Below are positions 11,990 to 26,871 of a stretch of DNA of 64,000 bases, piece by piece. The position numbers and the translations under genes are program-made. The DNA lies in the NCBI GenBank assembly GCA_964016885.1, contig OZ024742.1:186001-250000 (forward strand). Reading direction: 5' to 3'. Source of the DNA: Eledone cirrhosa (lineage: Eukaryota). The notes below the pieces were generated by a model. The model saw only the letters and a list, made by a program, of their open reading frames with translations, did no database searches and was not told the DNA's origin. How positions within the stretch are numbered: position 1 is the first letter of the stretch; every line of letters starts with the position of its first letter.

Positions 11990-14900
11990 GTATATCTAAT
12001 GTACACACACTACATCTAATGTACACACACTATATATCTAATGTACACACACTACATATCTATTGTACACATACTATATATATCTAATGTACACACACTA
12101 TATATATCTAATGTACACATACTATATATATCTAATGTACACACACTACATATCTATTGTACACACACTATATATATCTAATGTACACACACTATATATA
12201 TCTAATGTACATCAACTACATATCTAATGTACACATACTATATATATCTAATGTACACACACTATATATATCTAATGTACACACACTATATATATCTAAT
12301 GTACACACACTACATATCTAATGTACACATACTATATATATCTAATGTACACACACTATATATATCTAATGTACACACACTATATATATCTAATGTACAC
12401 ACACTATATATATCTAATGTACACACACTACATATCTAATGTACACACACTATATATATCTAATGTACACACACTATATATCTAATGTACACACACTATA
12501 TATATCTAATGTACACACACTATATATATCTAATGTACACACACTATATATATCTAATGTACACACACTACATATATCTAATGTACACACACTACATATC
12601 TAATGTACACATACTACATATATCTAATGTACACACACTATATATATCTAATGTACACACACTATATATCTAATGTACACACACTATATATATCTAATGT
12701 ACACACACTATATATATCTAATGTACACACACTATATATATCTAATGTACACACACTATATATATCTAATGTACACACACTATATATATCTAATGTACAC
12801 ACACTATATATCTAATGTACACACACTACATATCTAATGTACACATACTACATATCTAATGTACACATACTACATATCTAATGTACACACACTATATATC
12901 TAATGTACACACACTATATATATCTAATGTACACACACTATATATATCTAATGTACACACACTATATATATCTAATGTACACACATACTACATATCTAAT
13001 GTACACATACTACATATCTAATGTACACATACTACATATCTAATGTACACACACTATATATATCTAATGTACACACACTATATATATCTAATGTACACAC
13101 ACTATATATATCTAATGTACACACACTATATATATCTAATGTACACATACTACATATCTAATGTACACACACTACATATCTAATGTACACACACTATATA
13201 TATCTAATGTACACACACTATATATATCTAATGTACACACACTATATATATATCTAATGTACACATACTACATATCTAATGTACACACACTATATATATC
13301 TAATGTACACACACTATATATATCTAATGTACACACACTATATATATCTAATGTACACACACTATATATCTAATGTACACACACTATATATATCTAATGT
13401 ACACACACTATATATATCTAATGTACACACACTATATATATCTAATGTACACACACTACATATCTAATGTACACACACTATATATATCTAATGTACACAC
13501 ACTATATATCTAATGTACACACACTATATATATCTAATGTACACACACTATATATATCTAATGTACACATACTATATATCTAATGTACACACACTATATA
13601 TATCTAATGTACACACACTATATATATCTAATGTACACACACTATATATATCTAATGTACACACACTATATATCTAATGTACACACACTATATATATCTA
13701 ATGTACACACACTATATATATATCTAATGTACACACACTACATATCTAATGTACACACACTATATATATCTAATGTACACACACTATATATCTAATGTAC
13801 ACACACTATATATATCTAATGTACACACACTATATATATCTAATGTACACACACTATATATATCTAATGTACACACACTATATATATCTAATGTACACAC
13901 ACTATATATATCTAATGTACACACACTATATATATCTAATGTACACACACTATATATCTAATGTACACACACTATATATGTAATGTACACACACTATATA
14001 TATCTAATGTACACATACTACATATCTAATGTACACATACACTATATATCTAATGTACACACACTATATATCTAATGTACACATACTACATATCTAATGT
14101 ACACATACTACATATCTCTAATGTACACACACACTATATATCTAATGTACACACACTATATATCTAATGTACACACACTATATATCTAATGTACACACAC
14201 TATATATCTAATGTACACATACTACATATCTAATGTACACACACTATATATATCTAATGTACACACACTACATATCTAATGTACACACACTATATATCTA
14301 ATGTACACATACTATATATCTAATGTACACATACTATATATCTAATGTACACATACTATATATCTAATGTACACACACTATATATCTAATGTACACACAC
14401 TATATATCTAATGTACACACACTATATATCTAATGTACACACACTATATATCTAATGTACACACACTATATATCTAATGTACACACACTATATATATCTA
14501 ATGTACACACACTACATATCTAATGTACACATACTATATATATCTAATGTACACATACTATATATATCTAATGTACACACACTATATATATCTAATGTAC
14601 ACACACTATATATCTAATGTACACACACTATATATCTAATGTACACACACTATATATCTAATGTACACACACTATATATCTAATGTACACATACTATATA
14701 TATCTAATGTACACATACTATATATATCTAATGTACACACACTATATATCTAATGTACACATACTATATATATCTAATGTACACATACTATATATATCTA
14801 ATGTACACACACTATATATCTAATGTACACACACTATATATCTAATGTACACATACTATATATATCTAATGTACACATACTATATATATCTAATGTACAC

Positions 14901-17900
14901 ACACTACATATCTAATGTACAAAACACTATATATCTAATGTACACACACTATATATCTAATGTACACATACTATATATATCTAATGTACACACACTATAT
15001 ATCTAATGTACACACACTATATATCTAATGTACACACACTATAGATATATAGTATGTGTACATTAGATATATAATGTACACACACTATATATCTAATGTA
15101 CACATACTATATATATCTAATGTACACACACTATATATATCTAATGTACACATACTATATATATCTAATGTACACACACTATATATCTAATGTACACACA
15201 CTATATATATCTAATGTACACACACTATATATCTAATGTACACACACTATATATCTAATGTACACATACTATATATATCTAATGTACACATACTATATAT
15301 ATCTAATGTACACACACTATATATATCTAATGTACACACACTATATATATCTAATGTACACACACTATATATATCTAATGTACACACACTATATATCTAA
15401 TGTACACACACTATATATCTAATGTACACATACTATATCTAATGTACACACACTATATATCTAATGTACACACACTATATATCTAATGTACACACACTAC
15501 ATATCTAAAGTACACACACTACATATCTAGTGTACACACACTATATATATCTAATGTACACACACTATATATATCTAATGTACACACACTATATATATCT
15601 AATGTACACACACTATATATATCTAATGTACACACACTATATATATCTAATGTACACACACTATATATATCTAATGTACACACACTACATATCTAATGTA
15701 CACACACTACATATCTAATGTACACACACTACATATCTAATGTACACACACTACATATCTAATGTACACACACTACATATCTAATGTACACACACTATAT
15801 ATATCTAATGTACACACACTATATATATCTAATGTACACATACTACATATCTAATGTACACACACTACATATCTAATGTACACACACTATATATATCTAA
15901 TGTACACACACTATATATCTAATGTACACATGCTATATATATCTAATGTACACACACTATATATCTAATGTACACACACTATATATCTAATGTACACACA
16001 CTATATATATCTAATGTACACATACTATATATCTAATGTACACACACTATATATCTAATGTACACATACTATATATATCTAATGTACACACACTATATAT
16101 ATCTAATGTACACATACTATATATATCTAATGTACACACACTATATATATCTAATGTACACACACTATATATATCTAATGTACACACACTATATATCTAA
16201 TGTACACACACTATATATCTAATGTACACACACTATATATATCTAATATATATCTATATATATCTAATGTACACACACTATATATCTAATGTACACACAC
16301 TATATATCTAATGTACACACACTATATATATCTAATGTACACACACTACATATCTAATGTACACATACTATATATATCTAATGTACACACACTATATATC
16401 TAATGTACACACACTATATATCTAATGTACACACACTATATATATCTAATGTACACACACTATATATATCTAATGTACACACACTACATATCTAATGTAC
16501 ACACACTATATATATCTAATGTACACACACTATATATATCTAATGTACACATACTATATATATCTAATGTACACACACTATATATATCTAATGTACACAC
16601 ACTATATATATCTAATGTACACACACTATATATATCTAATGTACACACACTATATATCTAATGTACACACACTATATATATCTAATGTACACATACTATA
16701 TATATCTAATGTACACATACTATATATATCTAATGTACACATACTACATATCTAATGTACACACACTATATATCTAATGTACACACACTATATATATCTA
16801 ATGTACACACACTATATATATCTAATGTACACACACTATATATATCTAATGTACACACACTATATATATCTAATGTACACACACTACATATCTAATGTAC
16901 ACACACTATATATATCTAATGTACACACATTATATATATCTAATGTACACACACTATATATATCTAATGTACACACACTATATATCTAATGTACACATAC
17001 TATATATATCTAATGTACACACACTACATATATCTAATGTACACACACTATATATATCTAATGTACACATACTATATATCTAATGTACACACACTATATA
17101 TCTAATGTACACACACTATATATATCTAATGTACACATACTACATATCTAATGAACACACACTATATATATCTAATGTACACACACTACATATCTAATGT
17201 ACACACACTATATATCTAATGTACACACACTATATATATCTAATGTACACACACTATATATATCTAATGTACACACACTATATATATCTAATGTACACAC
17301 ACTATATATCTAATGTACACATACTATATATATCTAATGTACACATACTATATATATCTAATGTACACACACTATATATCTAATGTACACACACTATATA
17401 TCTAATGTACACATACTATATATATCTAATGTACACATACTATATATATCTAATGTACACACACTATATATCTAATGTACACACACTATATATCTAATGT
17501 ACACATACTATATATATCTAATGTACACATACTATATATATCTAATGTACACACACTACATATCTAATGTACAAAACACTATATATCTAATGTACACACA
17601 CTATATATCTAATGTACACATACTATATATATCTAATGTACACACACTATATATCTAATGTACACACACTATATATATCTAATGTACACATACTATATAT
17701 CTAATGTACACATACTATATATATCTAATGTACACACACTATATATATCTAATGTACACATACTATATATATCTAATGTACACACACTATATATCTAATG
17801 TACACACACTATATATATCTAATGTACACACACTATATATATCTAATGTACACACACTATATATCTAATGTACACACACTATATATCTAATGTACACATA

Positions 17901-19741
17901 CTATATATATCTAATGTACACACACTATATATATCTAATGTACACACACTATATATATCTAATGTACACACACTATATATATCTAATGTACACACACTAT
18001 ATATCTAATGTACACACACTATATATCTAATGTACACACACTATATATCTAATGTACACATACTATATCTAATGTACACACACTATATATCTAATGTACA
18101 CACACTATATATCTAATGTACACACACTACATATCTAATGTACACACACTACATATCTAAAGTACACACACTACATATCTAGTGTACACACACTATATAT
18201 ATCTAATGTACACACACTATATATATCTAATGTACACACACTATATATATCTAATGTACACACACTATATATATCTAATGTACACACACTATATATATCT
18301 AATGTACACACACTATATATATCTAATGTACACACACTACATATCTAATGTACACACACTACATATCTAATGTACACACACTACATATCTAATGTACACA
18401 CACTATATATATCTAATGTACACACACTATATATATCTAATGTACACACACTATATATATCTAATGTACACACACTATATATATCTACTGTACACATACT
18501 ATATATCTAATGTACACATACTATATATATCTAATGTACACACACTATATCTATCTAATGTACACATACTACATATCTAATGTACACACACTATATATAT
18601 CTAATGTACACATACTATATATATCTAATGTACACATACTACATATCTAATGTACACATACTACATATCTAATGTACACATACTATATATATCTAATGTA
18701 CACATACTATATATATCTAATGTACACACACTATATCTATCTAATGTACACATACTACATATCTAATGTACACATACTATATATATCTAATGTACACACA
18801 CTACATATCTAATGTACACACATTATATATATCTAATGTACACACACTATATATCTAATGTACACATACTATATATATCTAATGTACACACACTACATAT
18901 ATCTAATGTACACACACTATATATATCTAATGTACACACACTATATATCTAATGTACACACACTATATATCTAATGTACACACACTACATATCTAATGAA
19001 CACACACTATATATATCTAATGTACACACACTATATATATCTAATGTACACACACTACATATCTAATGTACACACACTATATATCTAATGTACACACACT
19101 ATATATATCTAATGTACACACACTATATATATCTAATGTACACACACTATATATATCTAATGTACACACACTACATATCTAATGTACACACACTATATAT
19201 ATCTAATGTACACACACTATATATATCTAATGTACACATACTATATATATCTAATGTACACATACTATATATATCTAATGTACACACACTATATATATCT
19301 AATGTACACACACTACATATCTAATGTACACATACTATATATATCTAATGTACACACACTACATATCTAATGTACACACACTATATATATCTAATGTACA
19401 CACACTATATATCTAATGTACACACACTATATATATCTAATGTACACATACTATATATATCTAATGTACACACACTATATATCTAATGTACACACACTAC
19501 ATATCTAATGTACACACACTACATATCTAATGTACACATACTATATATCTAATGTACACACACTACATATCTAATGAACACACACTACATATCTAATGTA
19601 CACATACTATATATCTAATGTACACACACTACATATCTAATGTACACATACTATATATCTAATGTACACGCACTACATATCTAATGTACACACACACACA
19701 CTACACATCTAATGTACACACACACACATGACACATCTAAT

Positions 19742-19775
<34 letters not shown>

Positions 19776-19799
19776 CACATCTAATGTACACACACTATA
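11990..19799. repeat. 22/24-bp AT-rich minisatellite (ATCTAATGTACACACACT(AT)n), about 7.8 kb
   Basis: Direct periodicity; unit length varies with the number of TA dinucleotides. Source of the MYTHYIYL/ISNVHTLY pseudo-ORFs. Confidence 0.98.
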
Positions 19800-19902
19800 T
19801 TTCTCAAACACAATGTCAGTTACAATAATTTTCAATATAATCAAAAATATTTGTAACTTTAGATATTAGTGGATTTTGTTGATATTGTCTTAACCCTTTA
19901 CT

Positions 19903-22040
19903 ATTTACATTACTCTATATATACTATTATATTTTCACAGTAAAGACTTTACCTCACATAACATCTACATTACTCTATATATACTATTATATTTTCACAG
20001 TAACGGCTTTACCTCACATAACATTTACATTACTCTATATATACTATTGTATTTTCATGGTAACGGCTTTACCTCACATAATATCTCACATAACATTTAC
20101 ATTACTCTATATATACTATTGTATTTTCATGGTAAAGGCTTTACCTCACATAATATCTCACATAACATTTACATTACTCTATATATACTATTGTATTTTC
20201 ATGGTAACGGCTTTACCTCACATAATATCTCACATAACATTTACATTACTCTATATATACTATTATATTTTCACAGTAAAGGCTTTACCTGACATAATAT
20301 CTCACATAACATTTACATTACTCTATATATACTATCATATTTTCACGGTAAAGGCTTTACCTCACATAATATCTCACATAACATTTACATTACTCTATAT
20401 ATACTATTATATTTTCACAGTAAAGGCTTTACCTCACATAATATCTCACATAACATTTACATTACTCTATATATACTATTGTATTTTCATGGTAAAGGCT
20501 GTACCTCACATAATATCTCACATAACATTTACATTACTCTATATATACTATTGTATTTTCACAGTAAAGGCTTTACCTCACATAATATCTCACATAACAT
20601 TTACATTACTCTATATATACTATTGTATTTTCATGGTAAAGGCTTTACCTCACATAATATCTCACATAACATTTACATTACTCTATATATACTATTGTAT
20701 TTTCATGGTAAAGGCTTTACCTCACATAACATTTACATTACTCTATATATACTATTGTATTTTCATGGTAAAGGCTTTACCTCACATAATATCTCACATA
20801 ACATTTACATTACTCTATATATACTATTGTATTTTCAGTAAAGGCTTTACCTCACATAATATCTCACATAACATTTACATTACTCTATATATACTATTGT
20901 ATTTTCATGGTAAAGGCTTTACCTCACATATCTCACATAACATTTACATTACTCTATATATACTATCGTATTTTCATGGTAAAGGCTTTACCTCACATAA
21001 TATCTCACATAACATTTACATTACTCTATATATTGGCAGTATCGGTAGAAGGTCGGACGCCATGCTTTCCAGCATAGTTACGTCCCTTTACGATCTGAGT
21101 TCAAATCCAGCCGAGGTTGACTTTGCCTTTCATCCTTACGGGGTCGATAAAATAAAGTACCAGTAATGCACTGGGTAATTGCTGGCCTTGTGCCTAAAGT
21201 AGAAACAATTATATTTTCACAGTAAAGGCTTTACCTCACATAATATCTCACATAACATTTACATTACTCTATATATACTATTATTTTCATGGTAAAGGCT
21301 TTACCTCACATAATAACTCACATAACATTTACATTACTCTATATATACTATTGTATTTTCATGGTAAAGGCTTTATCTCACATAATATCTCACATAACAT
21401 TTACATTACTCTATATATACTATTGTATTTTCACAGTAAAGGCTTTACCTCACATAATATCTCACATAACATTTACATTACTCTATATATACTATTGTAT
21501 TTTCATGGTAAAGGCTTTACCTCACATAATATCTCCCATAACATTTACATTACTCTATATATACTATTGTATTTTCATGGTAAAGGCTTTACCTCACATA
21601 ATATCTCACATAACATTTACATTACTCTATATATACTATTGTATTTTCACAGTAAAGGCTTTACCTCACATAATATCTCATAACATTTACATTACTCTAT
21701 ATATACTATTGTATTTTCATGGTAAAGGCTTTACCTCACATATCTCACATAACATTTACATTACTCTATATATACTATCGTATTTTCATGGTAAAGGCTT
21801 TACCTCACATAATATCTCACATAACATTTACATTACTCTATATATACTATTATATTTTCACGGTAAAGGCTTTACCTCACATAATATCTCACATAACATT
21901 TACATTACTCTATATATACTATTATATTTTCATGGTAAAGGCTTTACCTCACATAATATCTCACATAACATTTACATTACTCTATATATACTATTATATT
22001 TTCATGGTAAAGGCTTTACCTCACATATTTATCTCACATA
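19903..22040. repeat. 72-bp minisatellite (with 60-bp deletion variants), interrupted by a SINE
   Basis: Unit CATTTACATTACTCTATATATACTATTGTATTTTCATGGTAAAGGCTTTACCTCACATAATATCTCACATAA; 24-aa periodicity in the ORF track. Confidence 0.97.
21034..21212 (+). mobile_element. tRNA-derived SINE, family A (Meta-domain-like core), slightly 5'-truncated
   Basis: A-box-like TGGCAGTATCGG, B-box GAGTTCAAATCC, core GACTTTGCCTTTCATCCTTACGGGGTCGATAAAATAAAGTACCAG; nearly identical to the copy at 43946-44135. Confidence 0.9.
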
Positions 22041-22489
22041 ATATCGAATCTATGAGAGTTTGAAAGTATTTATTTTGAGAACAATTTTATTTATTTTGAA
22101 AGCAATTTTATTTATTTTGAAAGTATTTATTTTGAAAGTATTTATTTTGAGAACAATACCTTAACATCAGGTTTAGTGACCAGTTACAGCCAGTTTCAAC
22201 AGAAAGAGGTAGAGAATTCTGGCCGGTTTTGGCCGGTTTGAACATTAAAGGGTTAACTGGCAAGAGAGAATATATGGCAGTGTTGTCCAACCAACGTGTG
22301 TGTGTATGTGTGTGTGTTAGTGCTATGTTATGTTATCAGTGATGTAATGAGATTTATTGGAAATCTCACTTTAGATATGGAAGGTATCAAGTGGGTTACT
22401 GTATTTCTAAAGAAAGACTGCATCGATTATCAGCTTCTGATGAGCTAATACCATATCTGCAAATTCTAGCCGACTGAACCTACACCCAC

Positions 22490-23340
22490 CAGGCTTCCAA
22501 CCTGGCTGTGCCTGTCAATCCTGTCCACAAAGATTATGAACAAGAGAAGTAACAAGACATAGTCCGACACCCACATTGAATGGGACCACTTTGAGGTTAA
22601 GCTGAATCCAACTTTGAATAAGAAAATAAAGTATTCTGCCAAACCATCTGCCAACTTTGTAATAAGAAGTCCTCCACTATGACAGCTATCAGAAACACAT
22701 TTGGGGTTCTCCTCTCTCCAGAAGTGCATCGTTGCGAGGTAGAGAGAATACTTTGCTGATCGCCTAAACCCAATCACAACAGCATCTTCTGGTGTACATG
22801 AGGTGCATCTGGGAGCGATGACTAATCTCAGAGGGTGAGGTCAGAAGAGCAGTTAAAGATCTCGAATGTGGCAAGGCCTCTGGGGAGGATAAAATTCCAT
22901 CAGAGATGTTAAAAGCCTTAAATAGAGAAAGTATTCTCCAGCTGACTTGTGTGTGCCGGGTGGCCTGGATCTCTGAAATGGCACCTAAGTAATTGCAGTC
23001 GGGAGTGATAATCCCAATTTTTAAAAAGAGAGACAAAAGAGATTGCCCCAATTATAAAGGGACCTCCTTGTTAAGCCTTCCCGGTAAAGTCTATGCTAAG
23101 GTCTGGCAAAGCAGGGAGATTGTCAAGTCCAATCAGAAGGCAGTACAGCTGACCAAATATTCAGACTGTGACAAGTCAGAGAAATCGTGGGAGTAATACC
23201 AAAAGGTGTATGCTTGTTTCGTAAAACTTGAAACAGCATATAACCATATTCCACAGGACCTGCTGTGGAAGGTTCTACAGGAGTATGGTATCAAAATACA
23301 GCTTCTTCTTGTCCAGGTGTCTCTATATGCATGCTCTAGT
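22490..23340 (+). mobile_element. Decayed RTE (Expander/Rex3-like) RT fragment with a small inverted piece at its 5' side
   Basis: Plus strand: GKASGEDKIPSEMLKAL...QSGVIIPIFKKRDKRDCPNYKGTSLLSLPGKVYAKV...KVYACFV...LWKVLQEYG, with stops and frameshifts. 22490-22590 on minus gives LLFIIFVDRIDRHSQ. Confidence 0.85.
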
Positions 23341-23496
23341 TCTTGGTTTGGATAATTGATGCCAAGTTGAAACCATTTAATTATTTTCAAATAATGTTGA
23401 AGATAAGAATTTGGAGGGATTTAGTAATTAAGGTGATATTTGAAGCATAACTTAAATGCTTATACAATGGAAGCTTTTTAGATAAATATAAACACT

Positions 23497-23744
23497 TTAA
23501 CTCTTTCATTACCATATGTTTAATAAACAAAAAAAAAAGTATTATTTTCAAAATAATTAAGAATTTGTATAGATTCAGTAACAGAACTTTGTCGTTTTAA
23601 AGCTGGTGTTTGTAACACAACAAAATTTCTTACATGAAAACATGATGTGAGATTTAAATTGAAATATGAAGACATTAAAACAAACAATTTTGTATGATAA
23701 AAGCAGGGGAAGTTTTAAGTAGTTTGGTAGTAAAAGTGGGGTAA
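23497..23744. mobile_element. Degenerate TTAA-type MITE (second family)
   Basis: Starts TTAACTCTTTCATTACCATAT and ends GGTAGTAAAAGTGGGGTAA (decayed inverted terminus); the start matches the unit of the 48-bp array at 44432. Confidence 0.55.
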
Positions 23745-24179
23745 CAGTAGGGTAACAGTGAAATGAAGACATGGACTGTAAATGTATTATTTATTCAACT
23801 GCAGAGGTTTCTACAAGATACCAGAATTACTGGATTTCCTTCCTTACTTTCAGTTTGTCCATAGAAAATAAGTGAAAAAAAAAAGATTTTGTTTTTTCTT
23901 TTTAGATTGGAGAAGAGAAAAAGAAAAACACAACTCCAGGATCTAGAAAAAAATAAATAAAAAGATTTGTTTTTTAAATTAAGGAAAAAATGTTTGTTTT
24001 AAAAACCTATGTCAGTGTAAATTTGTAAGAATGTTTTCCTTTTTTTTCCTCTCTCACCTCATGCTGTGTTCCTTCTCAACAAATTAACAAACAGAAGTTT
24101 AACAATATTATATATTATATTATATTATATTATATAAGATGATAAAAATGCATGTGATAACAAAACAGAATTTAAAATT

Positions 24180-25099
24180 GGTTCATGTGCATGCATGCCT
24201 GCATGCAAACATATATGTATTTATGTATGTATATATGTATGTGTGTGCATGTATATATGTATACGTGTATGTATGTATGTATGTACGTATGAATATATGT
24301 ATATCTATACATATACACACATATCTGTATACACATAAATATATAATTGTATGTATGTGTGTGTGTGTGTGATTATATATATTCACACACACAACCATAT
24401 TTGTATCTAATATGTATACACACACACATGTATACACACACATACATGTACACACGCACACACACACACATATTTGAGTATGTATGTAAGTATGTATAAG
24501 TAAACATACATCCATGTATGTTTTCTTTCCCTCACTATCTGTCCATTACTTAGACTCCCCCTCTGCTGTTGCATTGCAGTGTCAAGTGGAAACCATTCTC
24601 CACACATTCAATGGAATTCTTTTAAAAACTCTAAACAATGATGATTCTGCCAACCAATACAATACACCAAATTCTTATGGGCAGACTGTCCCCTTATTTT
24701 TTGGTGGTGGTGGTGGTGGTGGTGAGGAGGGGAGGAGATTGTTTTCTTCCTTGTTGCTTCTTATTATTTTATGTTTATTTTATCTTGTGTGTGTATGTGT
24801 GTGTATCCCCTTATGTGGTTGATGGTTGAAAGAAAGGAGTACTCAATATTGCTCTTGTATGATGACCAGGCGAAACTCCAGAGTAACAAGACTCACTTTT
24901 TAGCCTTAATAAAATTGAATATATATATAATCTGTGTATATATATATATGTATATATATATGTGTGTGTGTGTGTATATATATGTATGTATATATAATCT
25001 GTGTATATATCATCATCATCATCGTTTAACGTCCATATATATATATATGTGTGTGTTTGTGTGTGTGTGTATATATATGTATGTATATATAATCTGTGT

Positions 25100-25147
<48 letters not shown>

Positions 25148-25165
25148 GCATGTATACACACACAT
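24180..25165. repeat. Low-complexity TA/TG/CA microsatellite patches separated by unique sequence
   Basis: Direct inspection; patches at 24180-24515 and 24920-25165. Confidence 0.85.
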
Positions 25166-25947
25166 TCCAGTCTAATTGTGGTCAATTTGTCCTTGTTTTC
25201 ATCTTTCTTTCACAATATTTCTTTGATTGGTTCTTCGTTTTCTTCTTCATCCTCATCATCATCATCATGTTCATATGTCTCAAGGTGTGAATATGGGACG
25301 ATATATTTATATATAAACTTACATGATAACAGTGAGTGCAAAAACAAAAAACAGAAGAAATTTGCTAAGCTGCTAAAATATACACTGCATGTTTTTTATA
25401 GTATTACAACACCTGTGTGGTCATTATCATCCTTGTTAACATCTTAATTAGAGTCAGTAATTTTGTACTTTCTTACTCTGGATATAATAAGTGTTGTTGT
25501 TGTTATTGTTCATCATCATCATCGACATTATCATTGACATTAAAAACATCATCATCATCATCATTATAATCATTGTCATTAAATATTGAACATGTTATCT
25601 TGTTGTCTTTCATATGTAACGTAGAGTGGATTTCCTTGGCAGTCTGTTGTTGATGTTTTTAATTTATTGATTTACTTAGTTTTGCTTAGTTTTGTTTGTT
25701 TTTTATTCCATCACCCCCCTCCCCCCACTGCTCAGCTTGAACCCCTCCCCCGTCCCACCCTGCCACTGTGCCAACACGTGCAACAATCTTCTCTATATAC
25801 AGGTAAAATAGAATAAATTACTGGAGGAGGGGGAAGGGGGGGGGGATAAATAATTAATGAATTAATTAATAATTAGGGTGAAAAAGGTAAGAAAAATGTT
25901 GCAGGTGCAGCAAATGTTTAGTTTTTGGTTTAGATTAGATAATGTAC

Positions 25948-26032
25948 CTGGTGGTGGTGGTGTGACTGGCTCTGCCGGTACACAGGGGGGAAGGGTCAGC
26001 AATGAGATCACAAGTGCTCAGTCTCCCAGATT
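25948..26032 (-). other. Candidate exon (internal 85 nt, or start of a terminal exon)
   Basis: Long T-rich tract plus TCCTGTAG acceptor (AG at 26034-26033); possible weak donor CAG|GTACAT after 25948; unique, GC-richer sequence. Confidence 0.35.
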
Positions 26033-26242
26033 CTACAGGATTTAAGTGAAGAAAAAAAAATTAAAAAAAAAACCATAGGGATCTAGCTTGGATGGAAGTT
26101 GGGGCTCCAACAGGTTTGGTGTAATACCATTTGACTGGTGGTGGACAGTCCTAACAGAAACTTCACAGCTCTATATAAAGTTGACAGCTATCTCTATGGA
26201 AAGAAAGAAAAAAGGAAAAATTAATACAAGAATAATAATAAA

Positions 26243-26455
26243 GGTTTCTTATTTAGGCACAAGGCCAGCAAGTTTGAGAGAGGGGAAAGTCATTTATATA
26301 AAACCCCAGTGCATGACTGGTACTTTATTTTATCAACCCCATAAGGATGAAAGGCAAAGTTAACCTCAACGGGATTTGAACTCAGACCGTAAAGGACCGT
26401 AACTATGCTGCAAAGGCACGGTGTCCGACCCTCTACCGATACTGCCAATCCACCG
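26243..26455 (-). mobile_element. tRNA-derived SINE, family A
   Basis: Reverse complement of the 21034 element; B-box seen on plus as GGATTTGAACTC. Confidence 0.88.
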
Positions 26456-26464
26456 GATTTCCCT

Positions 26465-26790
26465 TTAAATACTGACAGAACAATCAAGGCCAACAGACCT
26501 GATATAATTGTGAAGGACCATAAAGAGAAAACATGTTTCTTAATTGACATGAGCATTCCATCAGAACATAACACCTCGAAAGAGTTTGGAAAGCTCAGTA
26601 GTATAAAGATCTATCAATGAAATTGAGAAAATGTGGCATCTTAAGGCCTGTACAGTACCAGGGATAGTCGGTACACTTGGAATGATAAAAAAGGGAACTG
26701 AAAAATATTTGAACCAGATACCTAGTAAGTCATCTCTGCAAGAGATACAGAAATACTGTCCCAGTACTGAGAAGGGCTTTATCAATTTAA
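26465..26790 (+). mobile_element. Restriction-like endonuclease relic of an R4/Dong-like non-LTR retrotransposon
   Basis: TDRTIKANRPDIIVKDHKEKTCFLIDMSIP (RPD...D motif), then after a frameshift EIEKMWHLK...VPGIVGTLGMIKK...LQEIQK. Confidence 0.82.
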
Positions 26791-26871
26791 ATACCTTGCA
26801 AAGACATTTAAGGTTTCTGCCCTTGTAGCATCATTTGTGTGACAATTGATTGTAAAATGTGTGGATTATCA

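Larger units (their letters stand above)
19890..22256. mobile_element. TTAA-type (piggyBac-like) MITE inflated by an internal tandem array
   Basis: TTAACCCTTTA at 19890-19900 and its exact reverse complement TAAAGGGTTAA at 22246-22256 bracket the 72-bp array plus about 200 bp of unique sequence. Confidence 0.7.

Noticed and set aside
21034-21120. tRNA genes at the A-box/B-box motifs
   Set aside because: No cloverleaf; each head runs into a shared SINE body present many times in the window.
12227-22063. Repetitive ORFs (MYTHYIYL..., MVKALPHIISH... up to 369 aa)
   Set aside because: Translations of satellites with units divisible by three; frames shift wherever unit length changes.
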